Assembly (NCBI GenBank): GCA_049322915.1
Contig: JBMOPW010000006.1
Coordinates: forward strand, 1-27,398
Direction of reading: 5' to 3'
Origin: Candidatus Zhuqueibacterota bacterium
GTDB lineage: Bacteria > Zhuqueibacterota > Zhuqueibacteria > Thermofontimicrobiales > Thermofontimicrobiaceae
DNA: 27,398 nucleotides
Every line of letters begins with the position of its first letter. The stretch's first letter is position 1. The notes under the pieces are model-generated. The model saw only the letters and a program-made list of their open reading frames with translations. It was not told the origin of the DNA and ran no database searches. This document shows, in pieces, positions 7,932 to 16,162 of the stretch. The position numbers and the translations under genes were made by a program.

Positions 7932-8195
7932 TCAGGCTTTTTCACTTAGCTCGTTCTGTGGCTTACGCTTTCTGTAAATGATCGAAATCGGTATAATGAA
8001 ACAATACCCGAAGACCAGCAAAATGGGGGCTAATGTCAGCGACCAGAAGCTGTTGGCTGGTCCCTGTGATAGCGAAATATAACCCAGAATCAGCACTAAC
8101 ACCCCGATGAAAAAGATAATATAATTTTCACGATCGAAGGGTAGTGGCCGAATGTTCTTTTGCCCGGCTCTCGGTTTTGACTTTGTCGTTTTCAT
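7932..8195 (-). CDS. Small two-TM membrane protein, DUF3098-like (87 aa)
   Basis: Basic N-terminus, then LPFDRENYIIFFIGVLVLILGY...SLTLAPILLVFGY..IP..I, which resembles DUF3098. Start moved to ATG 8195 because a promoter lies in the upstream part of the tracked ORF. Confidence 0.75.
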   Translation of the reverse strand: MKTTKSKPRAGQKNIRPLPFDRENYIIFFIGVLVLILGYISLSQGPANSFWSLTLAPILLVFGYCFIIPISIIYRKRKPQNELSEKA

Positions 8196-8205
8196 AGTGG
8201 CACTA

Positions 8206-8234
8206 AATATAATTAAATCGATTCTAATAGTCAA
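8206..8234 (-). promoter_or_regulatory. Sigma-70 promoter for the DUF3098-tRNA(Val)-tRNA(Asp) transcript
   Basis: TTGACT-17 nt-TATATT, near consensus. Confidence 0.65.
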
Positions 8235-8323
8235 GGAAAATATTGTCGAGCTGAAAAATTTTAATGTTACCATCGAACGTCTCGCTATTCCGCCCAACTC
8301 ATTGAAAGATTTCAAAGAAACCC

Positions 8324-8352
8324 TTGATTTTGAAGTGGAAATTCCTTATTTT
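8324..8352 (+). promoter_or_regulatory. Possible sigma-70 promoter for efp
   Basis: TTGATT-17 nt-TATTTT in the divergent intergenic region. Confidence 0.3.
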
Positions 8353-8471
8353 GGGGCGTTGCATTTTCGGATTTACACCATTCCCTAAGACAATCACGCA
8401 TGTTTCTTGACGTAAGTTCTCCCGGACTCATTCTGGAAAATCACCGAAACTATAAATACAAGGAGTAAGTT

Positions 8472-9032
8472 ATGGCTTCAATTTCAGAATTTCATCGAGG
8501 TATGATAATTAACTACAATGACGATCTGTACATCATTACGGAGTATTTGCATGTCAAACTGAGCCGCGGTCGCGCCATGATCAAGGCAAAATTAAAGAAT
8601 GTGAAAACAGGGCGAGTGATTGAGAATACATTTCGCTCCACCGATAAAATCGAAGAAGTGAGGCTGGAATCAAAAGAAATTCAATTCCTCTATGCGGACG
8701 AGGGAAATTTTCATTTCATGAGCATGGATACATTCGACCAGGTTCCCCTCTCCGGCGAACTGGTTGGGGACTATCAGAAATTTTTGAAGGAAGGCACTAT
8801 TGTGAAACTTCTCTCCTACGAGAACTCCCCCATCAACATCGAGTTACCGACAACCGTCGAATTACAGGTGATTGAAGCGGAACCGGCGGTAAAAGGCGAC
8901 ACCGCCGGCAATTTGACCAAATGGGTGACGCTCGAAACGCAGGCCCGGATCGAAGTGCCTCCCTTTGTCAAGCAGGGCGAAACCATTCGCATCGATACCC
9001 GTACCGGAGCCTATGTTTCCCGCGTGAACTGA
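8472..9032 (+). CDS. efp: Translation elongation factor P
   Basis: 186 aa with KLKNVKTG, QFLY.D...FHFM..DTFDQ, EP.VKGDTA, LETQARIEVPPFV and IRIDTRTGAYVSR. AAGGAG RBS. Confidence 0.96.
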   Translation: MASISEFHRGMIINYNDDLYIITEYLHVKLSRGRAMIKAKLKNVKTGRVIENTFRSTDKIEEVRLESKEIQFLYADEGNFHFMSMDTFDQVPLSGELVGDYQKFLKEGTIVKLLSYENSPINIELPTTVELQVIEAEPAVKGDTAGNLTKWVTLETQARIEVPPFVKQGETIRIDTRTGAYVSRVN

Positions 9033-9118
9033 TAGCTCCCACTCTGGCATCGCCGGACGGTGTGACATCCAATTCTCGCCGTCCGCGGGTATGAGCGAAA
9101 ATCTGCAGAGGATTTATC

Positions 9119-9901
9119 ATGACTCGTCACCGAATGAATGCGATTTTCATACTTGTCTTCCTGTCCATCCCGACCGGCATGTGGCTGGTTACAAATGCTT
9201 CGATCCAGGCCATGACATTTTTGCTGATCGGGATACTGGCCATCCTCTCGCGTTACGGGAAGCTTTTGTCGCCGATGCGCGACTCGCTGGAGATCGCCTT
9301 CCTGTATTTCGCACTGGTGCAAATCGCCGGTAACCTGGGACTAACCAAATTTTTCCCGGTCAATAATGTTTTTATCCTGTGCGCACTGTACGGGTTCTTG
9401 TTCCTCTTGAAAAAAGCGACGCGGAAATCGTTGTACGTAACCAGGGGCAACATCAGAGGATTCGTGGGACTCTCCATCGTCTGCGGACTGTTGTCGGCCG
9501 GGGCGCTGGCAGTCTGGTTCTACTTTCAGGATGGCAATCCTCATGCCCGATTTGTGCCGGGGCTCCCGCTTCCGGCACTGTTGCCGTTAGGATTGGGTTT
9601 TGCCGTTATCAATGCATCGTTTGAAGAAGGAATATTTCGAAGCATTTTTCAAGCCAATTTTTCCATGGTGATCGGAAGCGGCGCTGGTATATTGTTGCAG
9701 GCGTTGTGGTTCAGCTTTTTGCATTTTCAAAGCGGCTTTCCGTCCGGGATCCCCGGCCTGGCGCTCACATTCGTCTTTGGTTCGCTCATGGGCTTTCTGG
9801 TCAACCGCACCGGCGGGCTCCTGATTCCGATCCTCATTCATACGATCGCCGATTTTTCCCTGTTCATTCTCATCATCCTGAGAATGAATGGCCTTTTTTA
9901 A
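9119..9901 (+). CDS. CPBP (CAAX/Abi) family intramembrane glutamic protease
   Basis: Multi-TM protein with EEGIFR, F..LH and IH..AD motifs. Confidence 0.85.
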   Translation: MTRHRMNAIFILVFLSIPTGMWLVTNASIQAMTFLLIGILAILSRYGKLLSPMRDSLEIAFLYFALVQIAGNLGLTKFFPVNNVFILCALYGFLFLLKKATRKSLYVTRGNIRGFVGLSIVCGLLSAGALAVWFYFQDGNPHARFVPGLPLPALLPLGLGFAVINASFEEGIFRSIFQANFSMVIGSGAGILLQALWFSFLHFQSGFPSGIPGLALTFVFGSLMGFLVNRTGGLLIPILIHTIADFSLFILIILRMNGLF

Positions 9902-10035
9902 CATTGCAGCCGCACCGACTCAGTCCGAGTCGTTCGATACGTGCGAATCAGTGACGTAGAAATATCCAGCCGTATAATCTCGATGGGCAGCTATGAAGAT
10001 TAATCCAAATAAAACTGAAAAATGGAACAGCAGTA

Positions 10036-11322
10036 TTGAAAACATTTCATAAAATAGTAAATGGCGATAGCAGGGAGATGAACCTGTTGCCCGACAATTC
10101 TATCCATCTCGTCATTACTTCTCCTCCGTATTGGCAGCTCAAAGATTATGGGTCTGATGAACAAATCGGTTTTAATGAGAGTTACGAAAGCTATATAAAC
10201 AATTTAAATCTTGTCTGGAAAGAATGTTATCGAGTACTGCATTCTGGCTGCCGACTCTGTATAAATATTGGAGATCAATTTGCGCGCTCTGTCTATTACG
10301 GACGTTATAAGGTCATTCCCATCAGGACAGAAATAATTAAATTTTGCGAGACGATCGGATTTGATTACATGGGTGCAATAATCTGGCAGAAGATTACGAC
10401 AACCAATACCACTGGCGGCGCTACGATTATGGGCAGCTTTCCCTATCCACGGAATGGAATTTTAAAGCTTGATTATGAATTCATTTTAATCTTTAAAAAA
10501 CTGGGTATTCCACCTAAGCCAACAACCGTACTGAAAGAATTATCTGCAATGACCAAAGATGAATGGAATGATTATTTTTCTGGTCATTGGAATTTTGCAG
10601 GTGTTAAACAAAATGGGCATCTTGCCATGTTTCCGGAAGAATTACCCAGGAGATTAATTAAAATGTTTGCCTTTGCCGGCGACATTGTGCTAGACCCGTT
10701 TCTTGGCAGTGGAACAACGTCTCTGGCCGCACGAAATTTAGGTAGAAACTCGGTTGGTTATGAAATTAACAAAGAGTTTATTTTGAAAATAAAAGAGAAG
10801 CTAAATGTAAACCAAACAGACATTGAAGGGACTCAGTACAATTTTTTATCCGATAGCTTGAAGAAAGACCTTAAAAAAGAAATTGAAAAGTTGCCTTATA
10901 TTTTTAAAGACCCGCATAAGCTCGATAAAAAGATTGATCTAAAAAAATTGCAGTTTGGTTCCCGTATTGATCAAGACAGTTCGAAACGCCAGGAATATTA
11001 TACTGTAAAAGAAGTCCTTAGCCCGATACTGCTAAAATTAAATAACGATTTAGTCATTCGATTGCTTGGCTTAAAAGACAAGAAAATCGTAAATAGTGAA
11101 GCGATGGAATTTCTTGTTGAAAAAATAAAGGGCCAAAAAGTATTTTTAAAATTTGATGATAAAAAATACGACGAACAGAATCGTCTGCTGTGCTATTTGT
11201 ATTTAAAGAACAGAACATTTATAAATGCCCATTTACTAAAAAAAGGACTGGCAGAAGTTGATACCACAATTGATTTTAAATACAAAAACAATTTTTTGAG
11301 TGCAGAATTGCATAGCATGTAA
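10036..11322 (+). CDS. Beta-class amino DNA methyltransferase (probably N4-cytosine) fused to a C-terminal SNase/thermonuclease-like domain
   Basis: Motif IV TSPPY precedes H.AMFP and motif I LDPFLGSGTT. The C-terminus shows IRLLG, KV.LKFD..KYD..NRLLCYLY and FINA.LLKKGLAEV of the staphylococcal-nuclease fold. The gene is visibly AT-rich. Confidence 0.88.
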   Translation: MKTFHKIVNGDSREMNLLPDNSIHLVITSPPYWQLKDYGSDEQIGFNESYESYINNLNLVWKECYRVLHSGCRLCINIGDQFARSVYYGRYKVIPIRTEIIKFCETIGFDYMGAIIWQKITTTNTTGGATIMGSFPYPRNGILKLDYEFILIFKKLGIPPKPTTVLKELSAMTKDEWNDYFSGHWNFAGVKQNGHLAMFPEELPRRLIKMFAFAGDIVLDPFLGSGTTSLAARNLGRNSVGYEINKEFILKIKEKLNVNQTDIEGTQYNFLSDSLKKDLKKEIEKLPYIFKDPHKLDKKIDLKKLQFGSRIDQDSSKRQEYYTVKEVLSPILLKLNNDLVIRLLGLKDKKIVNSEAMEFLVEKIKGQKVFLKFDDKKYDEQNRLLCYLYLKNRTFINAHLLKKGLAEVDTTIDFKYKNNFLSAELHSM

Positions 11323-11363
11323 ACCAACAGCCCAGGGACAATCAATTATCACAGCTAATAATC

Positions 11364-12230
11364 ATGGACAATTCGATGATTCCAACATATCCAAATACAA
11401 CCGACATCAACCTGACGATTCGGGAACTGCTTCATCCGGCGTTCCAAACGCTGACAGAAGGGATCTCCGAGTTTTCATTCGCCAATATTTATTTATTCAG
11501 AAAAACCCACAACTACCGCATTTCGAAATTCAGCGATGACCATTACATCATTCTTGGGAATGACGCCGACACTTATTTTTTCATGCTGCCGTTCGGTCTG
11601 CCGGATAAAGACACGCTGGAATCGCTCTTCCGGAGTTTTCATTTCATGAAGGCGGTCAGTGAGAACCAGATCAGGCAGTTGGAGTCCATGGGCTACGGCG
11701 TTGTTGAGGATCGCGATAATTTCGATTATCTCTATTCTCGCGAGGAATTGGCCAATCTGGCCGGGCGGAAATTTCACAAAAAGAAGAACCTGGTCAACGC
11801 GTTCATCAATCAGTACACCTACGAAGGCAAACCGCTGCTGGATGAGTATATTGGCGATGCGCTGAACGTGCTGGAACAATGGCGAGCGCAGCGCGAGGAC
11901 CCCGGCGACTATGAGGCTACCAAAGAAGCGCTGGAGCGCGCCGAAGAATTGCAGCTCTGCGGTGGTATTTATTACGTTGAAGGCGAGCCAGCCGCTTTCA
12001 CACTGGGAGAGGAATTGGCTCTGGGGAAAAGCTTTGTCATTCACTTTGAAAAAGCGCTGGGACAATTCAAAGGGATCTACCAGTTTGTGAACCAATGCTT
12101 TGCCGCCATTCTGCCGGAAAAATATAATTACATCAATCGCGAACAAGACCTCGGCAACGACGGATTGCGACAGGCGAAATTGAGCTATCGGCCAGTGGGC
12201 TTTGTGAAAAAATATCGGGTCATCAAATGA
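11364..12230 (+). CDS. DUF2156 / phosphatidylglycerol-lysyltransferase-like GNAT-fold protein
   Basis: EFSFANIY, DRDNFDYLY, LAGRKFHKKKN, IHFEKA and YINREQDLG..GLRQAKLSYRP. Start may be 11376. Confidence 0.85.
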   Translation: MDNSMIPTYPNTTDINLTIRELLHPAFQTLTEGISEFSFANIYLFRKTHNYRISKFSDDHYIILGNDADTYFFMLPFGLPDKDTLESLFRSFHFMKAVSENQIRQLESMGYGVVEDRDNFDYLYSREELANLAGRKFHKKKNLVNAFINQYTYEGKPLLDEYIGDALNVLEQWRAQREDPGDYEATKEALERAEELQLCGGIYYVEGEPAAFTLGEELALGKSFVIHFEKALGQFKGIYQFVNQCFAAILPEKYNYINREQDLGNDGLRQAKLSYRPVGFVKKYRVIK

Positions 12231-12536
12231 GCCCAACGAAGTCCGCGAGGAGTTTCATGACAGTGATTGACGCCGTCAGCCAGACAAATCATTTGCGGCA
12301 GCGACCATCTGGCAGGTCAGGTGAACCGCCTCTTATTCGCCGTTTCACTCAATTATTTTCTCGTCGCTGAAACGGAACGCCAGCTTTCGCCTGTTCAGCT
12401 CGTCCGCGCGGGATTGGCATTATTTCGACAACCACTATCCCCTCTCATTGCACGTGAAAAGATCAGAGGACAACTCAGTTTCCATCATAACAAAAAGGGT
12501 CAACTCGATAATAAAAAAGACCATAGCGAGGTAGCA

Positions 12537-15170
12537 ATGAAAAACATTCGACTCACATGTTCGGTTATTATTCTTCTTCTTTCTTTCTCAATATTGCTGA
12601 GCGAGGAAACGAAAACAGACTCCCCCAAAATTATGATCGGGAAATGGCTGCAATTGGGACCCATTTCCTCTCCCTTGCCGGCGTTTCACAGCGCGCCCGA
12701 TGTGAAGGGAAAAAAATTTGAATTGGAAAATATGTTGACGGGTTCACTGGTCAACTCAGAAGACTGGTGGCCAGGGGCCGGCGAGACATTTCAATGGGAT
12801 AAAGCTACAGTGCTCACGTGGCGCGAGGTGGCTGCGGATACGGCAGGCTTCGTCTCCGCTGCACCGCGTGATACAGCCAATCCCGAAATTGTGTTCTGGG
12901 TCTCCTATACGGAAGTTGCCCGTTGGATGAAAGCGACGATTGAAGTGGCGTCCCCCCATTTGTTACAAGTCAGCGTCGATGGCGCTGTCCTCGCTTCCAA
13001 AACCAGCAGCGATGCTACGCCGGACTCGGCGAAGAAATCCGCGCCAGGCCAAATTTCCAAAGAGGTGAAACTTGAACAGGGCAAGCACATTGTGCTCATC
13101 AAAGCGCTGAAAAATCCCGCCTGTAAAAATCCGTGGACGATGAAAGCCTGTCTCAGCCCGGCCAAAGACTGGACCGCCGACGACGTGACACTTTCTGTTT
13201 CTCCGAAGCGCTCTGTGGACCTCGCTCTCGTGCTGGACGGCCCGAAGGTGTCCAGCGTGTCGATTTCGCCGGACGGCGAGCTTGTCGCCCTGTCCCTGAA
13301 CAGAACGCTGCCGCCGGGTGATAATTCCGAATCCTGGATCGAATTGCGGGCGGCCCGCGAGGGGAAATTGTTGCAGACCTATCGCGGCGGCATGAAGCTC
13401 GGCCGCGTCGCCTGGTCACCAGCCGGCCGAAAATTCGCCTACACCACTTCGGAAAAAGAAGGTTCAACCCTGTGGATTGTCGATCTGCTCACTGGAACCT
13501 CCTCGCCATTGCTGGAGAATGTGAAAGAGATGGGCGGATTTAGCTGGGCGCCGGATGGCTCGTTCATCATCTACGAAATCTCCGAATCGCCGGAGTCGGA
13601 CAAAACCGGCCTGAAGAAATTAAAAGGCATGGCGGATCGCTGGCCTGGCTGGCGTTCGCGCAGTTTTTTATATCTGGTCAATGTCCCGGAAGGCACGCGA
13701 AGAAAGCTGACGCACGGCCATCTTTCGACCTCGCTCCACAGCATCAGCAACACAGGCGATCGATTGCTGTTCAGTCGATCCGTCGATGATTTCACCGAGC
13801 GGCCTTATTCCAGAAACGAAATGTGGGTCCTCAATCTGAAATCCATGACTCTGGATTCACTCTGGACGACGCGCTGGGGCGCTTCTGCCCAATGGTCGCC
13901 GGATGATACAAAATTACTCGTGACCGGCGGGCCGTCCTTGTTCGGCGAAATTGGGCTGAACCTGCCCGACACCATGATTCCCAATGATTACGACACCCAG
14001 GCGTATATTTATGATTTGGCGACGAAAGCTATTGAACCAATTACAAAAAATTTCAATCCCAGCATCGGCGGCGCTTTCTGGAGTTACTCGGAGCGTTGCA
14101 TTTACTTCAACACCACGGACAAATCGTATCAACATCTGTACCGCTACGACCTCACTAAAATGAAATTCGACTACATCGACACTGGTATCGAAGTGTTGAG
14201 CGACATCGATTTTTCATTGAAAACGCCAGTGGCTGTTTATGCGGGAACCAGCGCCTCGGTTCCTCCCAAAGCCTATTTCATGGATTTGAAGAAGAAGTCA
14301 CACCGCGTCATCGCTGACCCGGGCCAGTCCCGGTTCGAGGACGTCGTCTTTGATCCGGTGGAAGACTGGACTTTTGTCAATCAACGCGGAGCAGTTATCG
14401 ACGGATGCGTCTATTACCCGCCCAATTTTGACCGGACAAAAAAATATCCCTGCATTGTCTACTATTACGGGGGCACAAGCCCGGTCACCCGGGATTTCGG
14501 CGGCCGCTATCCCAAATCTCTCTATGCAGCCAACGGCTATGTCGTGTATGTGTTACAACCGAGTGGCGCGACCGGATTCGGTCAGGAATTTTCTGCGCTA
14601 CACGTGAACGACTGGGGCATCATCGTCGCCGATGAGATCATCGATGGCGTGAAGAAATTCCTGGATGCCTCTCCGTTTGTGGATCGCGAGCGGGTGGGTT
14701 GCATCGGCGCATCCTACGGCGGATTCATGACCATGCTGTTGCAAACCCGAACCGATATTTTCGCAACGGCAATTTCCCACGCCGGCATCAGTTCGATCTC
14801 CAGCTACTGGGGCGAAGGCTACTGGGGCTACCTGTACAGCGCTGTGGCCACGGCCAATAGTTTTCCCTGGAATCGGAAGGACATCTATGTCGAGCAGAGC
14901 GCGCTTTTCAATGCCGATAAAATCAACACGCCGCTCCTGCTGCTGCATGGCGCCGAGGACACCAATGTGCCTCCCGGCGAAAGCTATCAGCTTTACGCCG
15001 CGCTCAAATTATTGGGCAAAGAAGTGGAATTGATTGAAATCGAGGGGCAGAATCATCATATCATGCAATACACCAAACGCGTTCGCTGGACAAAAACCAT
15101 CATGGCCTGGTTCGACAAATGGCTGAAAGATCAGCCGAAATGGTGGAACGACCTGTATCCGGAAGAGTGA
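12537..15170 (+). CDS. Secreted S9 (prolyl oligopeptidase / acylaminoacyl peptidase) family serine peptidase
   Basis: GAGG RBS and ATG at 12537 followed by a signal peptide, then WSP(D)G beta-propeller repeats and the triad GASYGG, HGAED and NHH. Confidence 0.92.
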   Translation: MKNIRLTCSVIILLLSFSILLSEETKTDSPKIMIGKWLQLGPISSPLPAFHSAPDVKGKKFELENMLTGSLVNSEDWWPGAGETFQWDKATVLTWREVAADTAGFVSAAPRDTANPEIVFWVSYTEVARWMKATIEVASPHLLQVSVDGAVLASKTSSDATPDSAKKSAPGQISKEVKLEQGKHIVLIKALKNPACKNPWTMKACLSPAKDWTADDVTLSVSPKRSVDLALVLDGPKVSSVSISPDGELVALSLNRTLPPGDNSESWIELRAAREGKLLQTYRGGMKLGRVAWSPAGRKFAYTTSEKEGSTLWIVDLLTGTSSPLLENVKEMGGFSWAPDGSFIIYEISESPESDKTGLKKLKGMADRWPGWRSRSFLYLVNVPEGTRRKLTHGHLSTSLHSISNTGDRLLFSRSVDDFTERPYSRNEMWVLNLKSMTLDSLWTTRWGASAQWSPDDTKLLVTGGPSLFGEIGLNLPDTMIPNDYDTQAYIYDLATKAIEPITKNFNPSIGGAFWSYSERCIYFNTTDKSYQHLYRYDLTKMKFDYIDTGIEVLSDIDFSLKTPVAVYAGTSASVPPKAYFMDLKKKSHRVIADPGQSRFEDVVFDPVEDWTFVNQRGAVIDGCVYYPPNFDRTKKYPCIVYYYGGTSPVTRDFGGRYPKSLYAANGYVVYVLQPSGATGFGQEFSALHVNDWGIIVADEIIDGVKKFLDASPFVDRERVGCIGASYGGFMTMLLQTRTDIFATAISHAGISSISSYWGEGYWGYLYSAVATANSFPWNRKDIYVEQSALFNADKINTPLLLLHGAEDTNVPPGESYQLYAALKLLGKEVELIEIEGQNHHIMQYTKRVRWTKTIMAWFDKWLKDQPKWWNDLYPEE

Positions 15171-15308
15171 AACAGACGAATGCCTTCAGCCGGATTCGCC
15201 AGTTTTGTACTCAATAATTTTTTGATCCGGAAATTTGTCTTTTCAGCGCGTCGATTTTTATGTGTGAGATTGACCAATCATTGATCATTAACGAAATTTA
15301 TAACTCCG

Positions 15309-16154
15309 TTGAAGCACAGCGTACCTGTCTATAAATATGCTCTGGGGATCGTTCTGATTTTTGTCATCGTCGTTTTCGGATTGAAGCTGAAATACCCCAA
15401 ATTTTTCGAAGCCTCGTCCAAGACAATCAGAGCGCTCGTCAAAAACCAGATGGGTCTTCGAACCCTGCCGTCGTGGCAGTCCATCGGCGATGGCGTGGAT
15501 GTACTCACTCTGACCAGCGAAACCGAGAACATCCCGTCCGGAACAAATCTGTTTTTCATCCGTTTCAACTCTGAAAAAATTCAAACGTTTGTTCTTCACG
15601 ACAAAGGGCTATCGACGGCTGAAAAGATGGCGAGGGATACAAACGCGCTGGCCGTTATCAATGCGAGCTTTTTCCGTCCGGAAGGGCAACCCATTGGACT
15701 GATAATTCAGGAGGGCAAGATCACCAACAAGCTGCCAACCCGTGGCCTGCTGGACTCCGGGATTTTCTGCATTAAAAACGGACGACCGTACATTATCCAC
15801 CGAAATTACTTCCAGCCGTCGGGCATCACCGAGGCGATTCAGAGTTTCCCGCGCCTCATACAGAACGGAACCGTGGTGGCTCAAATAGCCGAGAGCGATA
15901 AACGCAAACGTCGCTCCGGCATTGCCATCGACGCCGAGGGACGAATCATCATCTTCATTTCGGACACCAATCTCGGCGGCGTCAGGTTCAAAGAAATTCA
16001 GAAAATTCTGCTGAAGCCCAACCTGAATGTCCGTTCCGCCCTTGCTCTGGATGGCGGCGGCTCCAGCCAGCTCTGCGTGAATTGCAAACAGTTCACGAAG
16101 GTGATCCACGGAATGACCGAGGTGCCTGTATTTCTTGGCTTTTTTCCCAAATAG
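15309..16154 (+). CDS. Phosphodiester glycosidase (NAGPA/DUF2233) family protein, N-terminally anchored
   Basis: N-terminal TM segment, AVINASFF, PIGLII..G, RSGIAI and ALALDGGGSSQL. Confidence 0.85.
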   Translation: MKHSVPVYKYALGIVLIFVIVVFGLKLKYPKFFEASSKTIRALVKNQMGLRTLPSWQSIGDGVDVLTLTSETENIPSGTNLFFIRFNSEKIQTFVLHDKGLSTAEKMARDTNALAVINASFFRPEGQPIGLIIQEGKITNKLPTRGLLDSGIFCIKNGRPYIIHRNYFQPSGITEAIQSFPRLIQNGTVVAQIAESDKRKRRSGIAIDAEGRIIIFISDTNLGGVRFKEIQKILLKPNLNVRSALALDGGGSSQLCVNCKQFTKVIHGMTEVPVFLGFFPK

Positions 16155-16162
16155 GTGTGTTG

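Noticed and set aside
8196..8315. Upstream extension of the DUF3098-like ORF
   Set aside because: Contains the near-consensus promoter for this transcript.
9054..9085. 9-bp hairpin after efp as a terminator
   Set aside because: No U-tract follows; more likely an mRNA-stabilising or pause hairpin.
12267..12536. 90-aa N-terminal extension of the S9 peptidase ORF
   Set aside because: An RBS, ATG and signal peptide begin at 12537; the extension would bury the signal peptide.
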